A stretch of DNA of 64,000 bases. It comes from Octopus bimaculoides. Taxonomy: Eukaryota. The stretch is taken from contig NC_068982.1 of assembly GCF_001194135.2 (NCBI RefSeq), positions 75,997,571 through 76,061,570 of the forward strand, in the 5' to 3' direction. Positions within the stretch are counted from its first letter, which is position 1; each line of letters begins with the position of its first letter. Below are positions 48,651 through 61,900 of this stretch, piece after piece. A program made the translations under genes and the position numbers. The notes below the pieces were generated by a model that saw nothing but the letters and a program-made list of their open reading frames with translations, did no database searches and was not told the DNA's origin.

Positions 48651-49519
48651 GTCTTCAGAAAGAATTCGCGATATAGTCACAAATTTTGAAGAAATATTTT
48701 CTTAAATTAAGGATTATTTATTATATAAAACTTATTAAACAAATCGGAATGATACGATTGTTTTGTATTGTGTAAGCGCTTTCCCTAATAACAGCTTTTC
48801 AAACACACGTGTTATACGATATTCTATATAGAGAAAGTTGCTTTTCGTAACAGTGTTGAGACTTTCCGGTTTAGTTTCGGACTTCGAATTTTTGTAAAGT
48901 ATTCTTTTTTCTGCTTTCGCAGTTGATCTTTTTCTCATCATATTTTGAAAAATAGAAGATTTTGCATACAAACATTCAAACATGCATACATTTATACATT
49001 CGTACATACGTACATACATATATACATATATACATACATACTTAAATACGCACATATTCACACATACGCACGCGCGCACACACACATAGTCTGAATAATA
49101 CCTAATAGCTTTATCGGAACCTCGGATATGAAGTGCAATTTATTTGAGAAAGAATTACATTTGTGCCTATATAGGGAACGGCACCGGCAATGAGAAAATC
49201 AATACAGATGTGTACAAAAAAAGTGTATGTCTAATAGATAATTAGATATATTAGTAGTAATATATGTACATATATGCACGCACTCTGAGGCACATGCGGA
49301 TGCAAAAATACACACACATGCAAGCACAACTCACAGATGCATACACACGCTCAAATACTGAGATATAGTATCTCTGTGTGTGCGCACACACACACACACA
49401 CATATATATACACATACACTCACACACATACACACACTCACACATACATACACACATATATACACACACTCACACACACAAGTACACACACGCACACACA
49501 CGCACACACACACACACAC

Positions 49520-49567
<48 letters not shown>

Positions 49568-49577
49568 NNNNNNNNNN

Positions 49578-49666
<89 letters not shown>

Positions 49667-49858
49667 CAAACATACACATATTGACGCAGAGAGACTGACC
49701 CACACACAAACATAGGCACACATATACATACATATATAAAGAAAGGAAGTGTGTGCGGAAGCATATATACATATATTTCCACTAATACATCTTATTGCCT
49801 TTTGGACTTTTTTTATATTCATCTTATTTTACTTTCCCATTGTTGGTGTCATTCTCTT

Positions 49859-50074
49859 GAGGGTGTGCTGAAAAGTTCCTGACTTCGGGTAAAAGAAAAT
49901 GCAGGAGGGTCAGTCTAGTATGATTTTACTGAACATATTCTCCTCCCAGATACACTCACTTATTGCAGCGGCTCTTCAGTCTTTCTAAGCTCTATAAAAG
50001 AACTCAGAAATTTAAACCTCCAAACAGACCTTTCGCCATACTCTTAAAGCTAGGAACTTTTCAGCAACTCCTCG
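49859..50074. mobile_element. Mariner-type MITE
   Basis: TIRs gagggtgtgctgaaaagttcct / aggaacttttcagcaactcctcg|TA. A partial second copy lies at ~62505-62631. Confidence 0.75.
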
Positions 50075-50364
50075 TATATAGTACAAATGTAATTCTTTCC
50101 CAAATAAACTGTACTTTATATTGGAGGCTCCGATGAAGCTATAAGGTGTTATTCAGGCATCAGTCCACTGCATCTTATAGTCCACTATTAGTCCATTGCA
50201 TCTTATTATAGAAACAGCCGTAAGCTAATGGAATTCATAAGATAATCATTTTTTTCCTTTGTCATCTCTCTTTCTTATACCGCCCTATACTGAGATAACA
50301 CTTCGTTCTGAAACACACGTATATTGAGTTCTACACCACTACACCAGGTTATTAGTCTCGCAAT

Positions 50365-50427
<63 letters not shown>

Positions 50428-50493
50428 CGAGCATATATGTATATATGTATGTTTGTATGCATGCTTGCATGTATGTATGTATGTATGTATGTG

Positions 50494-50525
<32 letters not shown>

Positions 50526-51057
50526 CATGTAAAATAGCACAAATGGACGGACTGATGAATAATGTCAAAAGTCACAATAAGTATACAAAAATTAACAATA
50601 GAATTATTCAGTGAGAATCGTACACTGAACAAAGGAAAAGGAAAAGATGTGGACTGACGTTTCGGGTGAAAGTTTTTCAAAGTAGAGCAAGAAGCAAGAT
50701 AAAAGAAACAAAAGAAGAAAGTTACCTGTTTGAAGCACATGTGTACTTTGCAGCTGCTGGTTATGTGTATAGAGTACAAAATGTCGAAAAAGGCACAAAC
50801 AAGAAAGTAGAAACAAAGGATGTGCCCAGCTGGATCCCTGAGGTGCCTTGCTTGAAATACTGTCTCGGTGAATATCGTTATAAAATTTAGCCTCTGGACC
50901 TCTTTGATCAAATTAAAGTGCATGTTCTTTTCGTGATATAGAGACCACATTTAGTTGATCCGTTAACTTCGCATATTTCTTATTACCTATTTACAGCAGG
51001 TTATTCAAACATAAGAACGATATATATACACATACATATATACATATATACAAACAT

Positions 51058-51400
51058 GGTGGAAGTCAACTTCGCGACCGAGTGGAGAAGCATCACAGCC
51101 ATGTGTTGAGAGGAATTCTTTGGGGTTTGAATAATTCACCTCTGGAAACATGTGTGTTTTGTTCATCATCCTTAAACAAACCTTATTCAGGGACCATTTG
51201 AGCGGGATGGGCTACTCAACCCGAAAAAAATTTTAACTGGGCCCCACCTGCAAGGTCATGCGCTGGTGATATTGATATGTGATCACCATGTCGCGCGCAT
51301 ATGGTTGTGATGCATCTGCCTGTCGCATAATTGTACCCTAGTGTCACTTCGATGGCATGCACTGCTCTCTCACACAATAATAATAATAATAATAATAATT
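51058..51400 (+). mobile_element. Interspersed SINE-like repeat with (AAT)n tail
   Basis: Ends ...gatggcatgcactgctctctcacac(aat)n and resembles a common octopus repeat as recalled. Confidence 0.5.
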
Positions 51401-51405
51401 TGAAG

Positions 51406-51486
<81 letters not shown>

Positions 51487-51858
51487 GCCTGGTGGCATTT
51501 ACGTAAGAGATTCACACGTTGTAGGGGAAAACCTCCCTAATGGTTTTGTATATGTTTGGTAGTTTGCGCACTCACATTAAATCTTCTGGTACTTAAAAAG
51601 TACTGATTTTGCAAATTGCAACTCCTCTCTCAATATTTCTATTTTGTGCTATAGGGGCCATCAAATCTTCGCTGGCTTTCCTCACAGGCAAGAAGTTTGA
51701 TGTCTGCGTGGTTGACTGTTGTTATGTGAACCTTTTTGGAGTTATGATAGTGTTGGTGGAACTGGTTGTGGTAGCGGTGGTTGTGTTGACGGTTGTGGAG
51801 CTGGTGGAGTTGGTGTTGTTTTCGATGAGTCTATGATTTGATGTTGTTGCAACTAATT

Positions 51859-52099
51859 TGTTACGTACTATAAATAAGATAACCTGACAACAGTAAAAAC
51901 AATGTAGCGAACCAACTAATCTCTTCACGAATCAACAATCAATATTCCTTGTGAACTAACCAACCGACACCTTCCGACTTCACTGCGAACTAACACGAAC
52001 TTCACTCGACTCTGAACTCTGAACTTTGAACTCACTCGAATCGTTACTATTTATACTTTACTCGGACCAGTCTATCTCTTGCAAGGGGGCGTCGTAACT
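51859..52099. mobile_element. Putative solo LTR (~240 bp)
   Basis: Inverted termini tgttacg...cgtaac(t), TATAAATA-like boxes, and short gaactc repeats. No TSD found. Confidence 0.35.
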
Positions 52100-52639
52100 C
52101 TCGTCACAAGAGAGGTGAAAGCATTTCCTGTGTTTCCTGGTGTGAGTGTTGGTGTTGAGGCCAGGTACTTATTTTCCTGTGTATCCCTTTTTTCAATTTT
52201 GGGGGTATCTCTTCGTCTTCATTTCGACATGCGGAGGAACCAGTATCTGTGGAATCTTTCTCGGGGTGTGGGAGTGCGTCTGTTTATGTGAATGAGTGTT
52301 TGAGAGAGGAGGAAAGGGAGAGCTGGGCTAAGATACGTCATGGGTGGTTCTTTCCGTTGTTTTTCTTGTTGATGTTGGTGGTGATAGTGATGCTGGAGTT
52401 GCTAGAGCTGTTGTTGTCTCAACTGCTTTCTTTGTTGTTAGAAATAGCAAGACGATACCTTGTGGAAATGTATCGTCTTGCTTTTGAAAAAACATTTCAA
52501 AAGCATTTAAGAAACGAGATGAAGAGCAAAGATTGAACAACTTGAAAGTGAAAACGAAGCAAGGACAATACCTCAGAGAAATGGAAGGGAAAGACAAGAT
52601 CAGTACCTAGAGGGAGCAAAGGAAAAGTGATTTGCTGGA

Positions 52640-53173
52640 GAAAAGTGATACCTAGCTACGTCATTCGAGATTGTGTTAGAAGTACGGAATTGAAAAGATA
52701 CTGAAATGGTACGAGCGTAAGCCAGAAAGTGTCACTGAGAAAAACGATTATAAAATCTTGTGGGATTTTACAATTCGGTGTGATTCTGTAATTGATGCTG
52801 GAAGATATTGTTGTAGTTAATAAAATGATGAAGGAAACCAAGATCATAGATATTGTCATACCTGGGGATGTACGAGTGGATGGTAAAAAACTAGAAAAGA
52901 TGAGATTGCACGAATGTCGGGAATGAAGAAAGTAACTTTCATCATAGTAGTTGTAGGGACACTGGGAGCATTAACAACCAGGTTTGAGAAATTTGTCGGA
53001 GAAATTGGGATTGGTATGAGGATAAAAAATGCTCAGAAAACTGCTTTGTTAGGGACAACGAGGATTTTGAGATTGGTACTTGGATGATAAATATCGTTGA
53101 AAGAGACCCAGTGAGATCCCTACAGAATTAACCGGAGCAAGTGAAACAACAACAACAACAACAACAACAACAA
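52640..53173 (+). mobile_element. R4/Dong-like RLE 3' fragment with (CAA)n tail
   Basis: KWYERKPESVTEKNDYKILWDFTIRCD..DIVVVNK..KIIDIVIPGD..VVGTLG..QKTALLGTTRILRLVLG. (CAA)n at 53146-53173. Confidence 0.85.
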
Positions 53174-54273
53174 AGATAAAAATGATAATAAAAATAATAA
53201 TGGTTGAGTTGATGGGGTTTTTACTGGAGCATTGTGAAGAATTAGCAAATTAAGGAGAGTTGAAGTACTAGAACCGTAGTGCTAATAGGAGAAAATAGAG
53301 TTTGTGATGTGGTGTCTACTGTATGATATCACCACAAACTGTGTGATATTCGTGTCTAAAGAGCGTTTTAGCTATGATTTGATATCTATGGTAAGTTTGG
53401 TGATAGAGTCTCTGTGTTGATGACAGAGACCTGATTGTCGTCATATATACAAATACATGCAGGCACAGCTACACACAGACGCATATATATNNNNNNNNNN
53501 TATGCATATATATATCTTTATATATACATGTATATGTGCGCGCGCGCGCGAATGTGGAGGGAAGGGGAAGAAGATAAATGATTTGTAATAAGTTGAAAGT
53601 ATTACGAAGCGCATCCAGGTGTTTCTTACGCTTGATGTCTGTTAATAAATCTTCTACTAATGAATTAAATTGAATCGAAATGAAATAATAACTTCCCATT
53701 AATCACACACGCACATATATACACAGACACACACAAATACACATACACACGCATATATACACGCATACACATATATACATGCACTCACCTGTAGAAGTAC
53801 ACCTACGTACACTACGTGCATATTCACATGTATATACACACATACATGTGCACGCACACACATAGAAGCACACACGCATGTACATGGACATACACCTACC
53901 CGTTTGCGTAAGCGAAATTAGACATGCAGGTAAATTATTAGTCAGATAGGTACACAGTCAGTTAGACAGACAGTCAGACAGATACACAGAAAGATAGATA
54001 GATAAAAAGACATACATACAGACATATAGATAGAGAGATAAATAGACACATAGCGTGATCTAAAGGAGCAGAGAGATATAGAAGGATATAGTAGGAAAAT
54101 AATCAGGTAAGAAAGTAGATTGTAGGCAGGTAGGCGGGTGGACTTGTTGGTGGGTAGGCTGCTTGGTAGGTAGACAGATCATCGTCATCATCGCCATCAT
54201 CATTATCGCCGTCGTCGTCGTCGTCATCATCATCTATTGTATCTTTCATTTGTAGTTTACTTTCTCTTTTAGT

Positions 54274-54625
54274 CTGTTGTTGGTGAAAATGTTGGAAACA
54301 CCTTGTTAAATGGAAATTTTTATTATCTAATACGGAGTTGGTTCAACTTCGGCATTAATCACGGCTTTAATACGTCGAGCAATTGACTCGTACGGGTTCT
54401 GAACGGTTGTTAGGGGAATTAGAAGCCATTCTTCAAATAAAACCTGCTTTAGCTTTTCAGTGGCGATGGCGGGGAGGGGAAACGTTTCCATACTTGCTGC
54501 CCCAAAATACACCACAAATGTTCGATTATATTGAGATCCGGTGATTGTGTGTGTCTGTGTGGACAATCTAAGTGGTCTACTTCACTCTTGCACCCTGTCA
54601 ATGATGATTCATCAGTGAAGACATT
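54274..54625 (-). mobile_element. Tc1 (DD34E) transposase 3' fragment, internally deleted
   Basis: VFTDES joined to QSPDLNIIEHLW, then (after a frameshift) LFEEW..IP..YESIARRIKAVINA..PTPY*, then a TIR-like end at 54274-54302. Confidence 0.85.
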
Positions 54626-55130
54626 GTTCCATTAAGACATTATTGGTATATCCTCCTTGGGGTATGCTTTCCAGGTTTCTGTTGATAGAATCAGTGTGTT
54701 TGGTGAGCGGTGCCTAAGCCGAGAGTGGATAACGCATGACTGGAGAATGTTATGGAGGAATGAACGGTAGTGTAATCTGTATAAAAGGGTGGTTTTGGAA
54801 GTGATGGCAAATAAGCCATTGGTGTTTGCTAAGGAGAAAATAGGGAGAGACAAAACCGAACCCTAGGGCCTGCTGGAGTTGATATATTGAGAGACAAAAA
54901 TAGGACTTCGTCAACACATTCTGCAATAGTACAATCTGATTGGAAGCTATCGATCCATCAGAGAAGAAAGACAGATGTTATAAGCTTTAGGCAGGCAGTT
55001 TCGTTTCGGGAGTCGCATGCCAAAAACAGTCAAAAACTTTACAAATGGCAAGGTAGACAGCATTGTATAAATCGAATTTCTGAAAGTCACTAATAGATCT
55101 AGGCGTATGGAAAATGCAATGGTGACCAAA

Positions 55131-55247
<117 letters not shown>

Positions 55248-56159
55248 TGCGCGCTTGCTCATAGATATACTCGCATATTCATGCACAAACATGTACACAT
55301 ACATGCCAAAGTTTCAGTTTGAATCTTGTATGTACAAGTAATCAGTTTCACATATATACAAAACAAACACCATTCAACGCCCATATCATTCAATTACTAC
55401 CGTAGTTGAATAATATCCTTAGGGCCGCAATTTACTCACATGCAGCATCTTTCAGAGCTTGTCGCTAATTCAGTTCTTAACCAAATTAAAAACTGTTAAC
55501 ATTTTTGAAGAGGACTAGTCCCCAGCTATATTTTGGTATTAAAAAAATTGAGATTTGGTCCTGTAGAAAAAAGTTTACATTAAAATTTGTAGCAACGTTA
55601 TAGGAGAGTAAGTAACGCATCCAATCAAGTTTAGATCTAAATAACATTTTTTATTTTTAAAGGCAAAATATATTTGTCTTAGCTTCAATGATAGAAGAAA
55701 GCATAAAAAATTTCATAGTTTTGATCCCATGCAACAAAAATTTGTATTAAAAATGTTGTGAGGTAAAATATGAAAAAATATAAGGCATAAAGTTGGATTC
55801 AAGTATAATTAACGTTTTTATTTAAAAAAAGCAAACTATATTTTAATTAAACTTAAATGATAGAGCTCAATTCGAGGAATTTCATGGTATCAATCTCATG
55901 CAATGAAGTTTTAAAAGAAAAAAGTTATGAGTGCTTGTTTCTCAAATTTGAGAGTGATAATATAGTTCTATACTTTTTCATGAATATAGTTTTAGGGGAC
56001 TTTTAATATATCACCAGCATCATTGGAAAAAGGAAAAAATTATCAACGACACCGCTAATTGATACATTTGACACATTATTAATTAATAATAGCATAGCCT
56101 GGTAAAAACATGGATTACATAAAAAATGCGAGCAAGAGAAGTAATATTCTTAAGATTAT

Positions 56160-56245
56160 AAACTTGGAAAAGTACAGGACAAGTTATTACACTTGGAAAA
56201 GTTCAGGACAAGTTATTACATCTGGTAAAGAACAGAACAAGAAAA
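56160..56245. repeat. 29-bp tandem repeat, about 2.8 copies
   Basis: acttggaaaagt(a/t)caggacaagttattac. Confidence 0.8.
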
Positions 56246-56251
56246 TTTTAC

Positions 56252-56844
56252 TTAAAATATTGCAGCTAAGGATAAAATTTGAATATTAAAAATTACTTGA
56301 TTTTAATTTACGAAGTAACATTATAATTAAAAATAGTTACCATCATTTTGTTGAAATGTTGACACACTAGAATACTTAAAGAATGAGAGCCAGAAGTATC
56401 AATATAACTAAAGTTTCATGCAAAGTAGAACAGTATATATGGTAGGCAAATTCATTATGTAAAAGTAGGCATTGAGTCAAGACTAAAAATGTGAAGACTC
56501 GGCAATAACTTAGGCAATAACTCAAGCAAATTTTACTGTGAATTTGTTGTTATAGATAGATTTTACTATAATATATAACTAATTTTTGTATTATTCTATT
56601 TATTGCACTAATTATGTACTACTATTATTTTTGATAACCAATTTTCAAATTTCTAATTATTAATCAATAATTAAAAAAAATGAAGTGCAAAAAATATTTT
56701 AATTGAGTTATTTTTAATAGAAGTAACAAGTAATAACAAATAGAAGTAATAACTCGTAATAAAAGTTTTAGTTTTAATAAAAGCTAATATCTTCTAAATC
56801 TGAATATTTTATTTGAAACTTTATCCTTAGCCGCAATATTTTAA
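56252..56844. mobile_element. AT-rich MITE with 25-bp TIRs
   Basis: ttaaaatattgcagctaaggataaa (56252-56276) versus tttatccttagccgcaatattttaa (56820-56844): one mismatch. Confidence 0.65.
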
Positions 56845-56847
56845 GGT

Positions 56848-57150
56848 TGCAAATTCGAGAGAGGGGTTAAGTTGATTATATCGATCCCCAGTTTTCAACT
56901 GGTATTTATTATATCGACCCTGAAAGGATGAAAGGCAAAGTCGACCTCGGTGGAATTTGAACTCAGAACGTAAAAACGAACGAAATACCGTTAGCCATTT
57001 TGCCCGGCGTGCTACTGATTTATCCAGCTCGCCGCCTTAGTGTTAATAAAAATATTGGTTTCATATTTTGGCACAAAGCCAGCAATTTCGGGGGAAAGAG
57101 TAAGTCGATTACATCGATCTTAGTGTTCAACTGGTACTTATCTTATCGCC
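56848..57150 (-). mobile_element. OR2-like CORE-SINE plus a partial second copy
   Basis: actggtatttattatatcgaccctgaaaggatgaaaggcaaagtcgacctcggtggaatttgaactcagaacg. Confidence 0.8.
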
Positions 57151-57249
57151 TCCTTTTAGTTAAAAAAAAAAGCAAAAAGACAAAAAATGTTCACACGCTC
57201 ACTCACTCATACACAAACACACGCACACAAACACACGCACACACACACA

Positions 57250-57400
57250 ACGGGCTTCTTTTAGTTTTCCTCTGCCGCATCCACTCGCAAGGCTTTGGTT
57301 GCCCCGAGGCTATAGTAGAAGACACTTGCCCAAGTTGCCACGCAGTACGACTGAACCCGAAATCATGTTGTTGGGAAGCAAACTTCTTACCACGCCTATT
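57250..57400 (-). mobile_element. tRNA-derived SINE
   Basis: cgaggctatagtagaagacacttgcccaag.tgccacgcagt..gactgaacc..catgttgttgggaagcaa. A second copy lies at 58471-58575. Confidence 0.75.
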
Positions 57401-58772
57401 ACCAAATATTATTAAGAATTGCATTAAAAGAAATTGTCAAAATAGTTTGTGTATTGTGGAAGTATAACCAATTTATTATACATAAATTTTCACAATAAAA
57501 ATGAACCAGTGGGCGAAGCACGTTAAAGCAGTGCCCCAACATGGCCGCAGTGCAACGATTGAATCGAGTAAAGCAAAAAGTTATGTAGATACACCACGAA
57601 AATATAAACGAGTACACGGATTCATAAACAAGCACACAACACACACATACCGATATATACACAATACTTATATATGACACACACACACACACACACACGC
57701 ACACACACACACACACACACACACNNNNNNNNNNNNNNNNNNNNNNNNNNNNNNNNNNNNNNNNNNNNNNNNNNNNNNNNNNNNNNNNNNNNNNNNNNNN
57801 NNNNNNNNNNNNNNNNNNNNNNNNNNNNNNNNNNNNNNNNNNNNNNNNNNNNNNNNNNNNNNNNNNNNNNNNNNNNNNNNNNNNNNNNNNNNNNNNNNNN
57901 NNNNNNNNNNNNNNNNNNNNNNNNNNNNNNNNNNNNNNNNNNNNNNNNNNNNNNNNNNNNNNNNNNNNNNNNNNNNNNNNNNNNNNNNNNNNNNNNNNNN
58001 NNNNNNNNNNNNNNNNNNNNNNNNNNNNNNNNNNNNNNNNNNNNNNNNNNNNNNNNNNNNNNNNNNNNNNNNNNNNNNNNNNNNNNNNNNNNNNNNNNNN
58101 NNNNNNNNNNNNNNNNNNNNNNNNNNNNNNNNNNNNNNNNNNNNNNNNNNNNNNNNNNNNNNNNNNNNNNNNNNNNNNNNNNNNNNNNNNNNNNNNNNNN
58201 NNNNNNNNNNNNNNNNNNNNNNNNNNNNNNNNNNNNNNNNNNNNNNNNNNNNNNNNNNNNNNNNNNNNNNNNNNNNNNNNNNNNNNNNNNNNNNNNNNNN
58301 NNNNNNNNNNNNNNNNNNNNNNNNNNNNNNNNNNNNNNNNNNNNNNNNNNNNNNNNNNNNNNNNNNNNNNNNNNNNNNNNNNNNNNNNNNNNNNNNNNNN
58401 NNNNNNNNNNNNNNNNNNNNNNNNNNNNNNNNNNNNNNNNNNNNNNNNNNNNNNNNNNNNNNNNNNNNNNAAGCTATAGTAGAAGACACCTGCCCAAGGT
58501 GCCACGCAGTGGGACTGAACCCGGAACCATGTGGTTGGTAAGCAAGTTACTTACAACACAGCCACTCCTGCGTCTATATGCTCACATATACATACGTAAC
58601 CGTAAGATTATTATATCACTTAATTGAATATACATCCGTTCATACATACATACACACACACATACATACATACATACATACATACATACATACACACACA
58701 TATACGCACACATACATTTACTAATACTTGTATTGAAATGAATATACACAAAGACATATATATATACGATTG

Positions 58773-58814
<42 letters not shown>

Positions 58815-59411
58815 GACATATATGTTTGTATATGTATATCTATCTAAACATACAGTGTTTCTACAGTGTTCTGTCAACAGCTGGCAGACGATCAGATGCA
58901 CAAGGTTTATTATCTCACCTATCCAACTCGATAGATGGCGATATATTCTAAAACACTTGACGCCTCAAAGCAGAGCGATCGTTTTACTCAAGACGCTATT
59001 TTAATGGACGGCATCCGACTGCGTAGATGAAAGATGGATCTCCAGAAACGCCGTTCTTAATCCTACTTCAGAACCATATTGGAGACATTCAAAGCGCTGA
59101 TATGTCCGCTTTGATCATTTGCTCATCTGCCAATCAAAATTTCGTTTTTAGTACATAATATGCTGGACCGACCGCTTCCTCTTACGGTTTGCTATTTGCT
59201 CATTACTGTTCATCTGAAAAGCATTCGTAACTTTTCTCCAAAGATGCCTGAAGTGATAAGATGACCAGCGTGTAATTATGTGACGAACACTGGCGACGTT
59301 TACTACCACCGTTGTTATTGTATATTGTCATCATTATCGTCGTCGTCCTCGCTGTTATTGTTGTCTTTGTTGTTGTTCCTATCATTATTATTATCATCAT
59401 CATCATCATCA

Positions 59412-59472
<61 letters not shown>

Positions 59473-59869
59473 CATTATTATCATCAAACGTTTCGTTTTT
59501 GAGCTATGTACAACTGACCGATCTAAATGCAAGGACAAACGCATAAAGTCATCATTATGTGATGCTTCCACCCCGCTCTCTCTCTCTTCCTCTTTTTGTT
59601 TATGTGGTATATTCTAGATTCAGTAAGTAAAGATAAAAAGTAGAAGGGAAAAATTAGAGTAAAAGTGAAGAGCTGAACGGAATAGCGTTCAACATTAAGA
59701 GAAATGGACGACATAAAATGTCTTATAATGCGTACGCTCACACGCAACACATGTTCGAATGTAGACACATATACGTGCACATTCACATGCATACAAAACA
59801 AACGCAAACTATACAAAACATGCATACTTTCTCTCTCTAAATAGATAGTTATATTGATATAGATATACA

Positions 59870-59926
<57 letters not shown>

Positions 59927-60344
59927 GCATATATATACACATATATATATTTACATGCATATGCTTATATATATCTGTATGTATGTATATAGCGATATAT
60001 TTGCAGAAATACGAGCGCGTGCGCGCGTGGACACACACACACATGCACGCGCGCACGCACACACATTATTAGCGCAGCCATATTAAAGAAGACTAGGTTT
60101 TAGAATTGATTCCTGGCAATAAAAACTGTTAAAGTTATTTGTAACGTATGAGGAGAATATTTTCTGATATAATAAATCATCAGAAATGAGAAGTGTCGAA
60201 AGTAGAAAATAAAGTTAAAAAATTATGGCATAATTCGAAGTTAATGTTTCAATCCATCGCTGCACCACATTTCCTACGTTCTAAAGATCCATTTTATCCT
60301 TTCAGGTAAAACCGATTGCCTAAATTTTGTTGTATCGTGTGTAG

Positions 60345-60722
60345 GTTGTTGTTGGCACTCCGTCGCTTACGACGTCGAGGGTTCCAGTTGATCCGATCAA
60401 CGGAACAGCCTGCTCGTGAAATTAACGTGTAAGTGGCTGAGCACTCCACAGACACGTGTACCCTTAACGTAGTTCTCGGGGATATTCAGCGTGACACAGT
60501 GTGACAAGGCTGACCCTTTGAATTACAGGCACAACAGAAACAGGAAGTAAGAGAAAGTTGTGGTGAAAGAGTACAGCAGGGTTCACCACCATCCCCTGCT
60601 GGAGCCTTGTGGAGCTTTAGGTGTTTTCGCTCAATAAACACTCACAACGCCCGGTTTGGGAATCGAAACCGCGATCCTATGTCCGCGAGTCCGTTGCCCT
60701 AACCACTGGGCCATTGCGCATC
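60345..60722 (-). mobile_element. Young full-length tRNA-derived SINE
   Basis: tRNA-like head at 60640-60720; conserved 3' stem-loop gttccagttgatccgatcaacggaac; (AAC)n tail. Confidence 0.8.
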
Positions 60723-60764
60723 TATCGTGTATAGGGAATTATGCCTATAATCAACAGCTTTTCT

Positions 60765-60972
60765 GCTATAGGCACAAGGCCTAAAATTTATGGGGAGGGG
60801 GCTAGCTAATTAGATCAACCCCAATGCTCAACTGGTACTTATTTTATCGATTCGGAAAAGATGAAAGGCGAAGTCGACCCAGGCGGAATTTGAACTGAGA
60901 ACGTAAAGACGGACGAAGTACTGCTAAACATTTTGTTCGGTGCGGTAACGATTCTGCCAACTGGCCGCCTTA
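60765..60972 (-). mobile_element. OR2-like CORE-SINE
   Basis: CORE domain and tRNA head. Further copies at 61698-61900 (+), 62835-63047 (-) and 63590-63792 (-). Confidence 0.8.
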
Positions 60973-61697
60973 TGCCTATAACAAACGCACGCACTGGTTC
61001 TATTTCACTTTTTCTTTCTTATTCGTTAATTGGTTAACTATTTAGCCAATTAACTAATCGATTTCTTGGTCATTGCTTAATCATTCGGTTAATTAATCAG
61101 TCAGTTATATTTGCCAAAGTTCTTTCGTTGCCATTCACATCATCAGTTGCATGCCCTCTCTATTCTAGGTTAGCTTCAGGTTTTCACTTCTGGTTGTGTA
61201 AACAAACGCAAAACAACGCGGATCTTGGCACCAGCTTCAATACATCATCGGTTTCGAATGAATAACTATACTGTTCCGCCTATATTGAGTACTTCCTATT
61301 ACTTGTACAAATGCAGACTCTTAAATACATACAAATCACATACACATATATACTAAGATACATACACTCATAAGTATACAACACACACACGCACACATAC
61401 ACACACACATGCACACACACATGCACACACACATGTACACACACATGCACACATACAAAATCACAGAGATGCTAGTAGCTCCACTTATTAATACGATATT
61501 GACGTCTTGAGCAATATGGGCAAGTATTTTTGTAAGAAAGGTATATATATTGAGGCGATGTATTTTTGTGAGAATGGTTTTTAACACTAATATAATCTTA
61601 ATAACTAATTGACCCCCAAATGGAATAGATAAAGTCGATTCAGAAAGAATATGATGTCAGTAGGTAGACAGATAACTTTCAATATAATAAGCGTTAG

Positions 61698-61900
61698 TAA
61701 GGCGGCGAGCTGGCAGAATCATTAGTACGCCGAGCAAAATGCTTAGCGGCATTTCGTCCGTCTTTAAGTTCTGAATTCAAATTACGCCGAGGTCGACATT
61801 GCTTTTCATCCTTTTGAGTTCGATAAAATACATACCAGTTGAACGTTGGGTCGATGTAACCGACTTACTCCAACCCTGTAAATTGCTGGCCTTGTGTCAA
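61698..61900 (+). mobile_element. OR2-like CORE-SINE
   Basis: ggcggcgagctggcagaatc...gttctgaattcaaat...gaggtcgac.ttgcttttcatcc...gataaaat. Confidence 0.8.

Noticed and set aside
50640-50950. Possible PLE RT fragment plus hammerhead (TTGAAAA..GAAAcgtcagTC)
   Set aside because: The protein similarity is marginal and stems I and II do not pair. It is counted only as a weak relic in the window-wide finding.
51376-51484. (AAT)n followed by (TTA)n, forming a foldback
   Set aside because: Explained by a repeat tail abutting an oppositely oriented microsatellite.
54600-54615. CTGATGA on the minus strand
   Set aside because: It is part of the Tc1 coding motif FTDES, with no GAAA or stems.
54630-54900. 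LINE-like coding remnant
   Set aside because: No diagnostic motif could be read.
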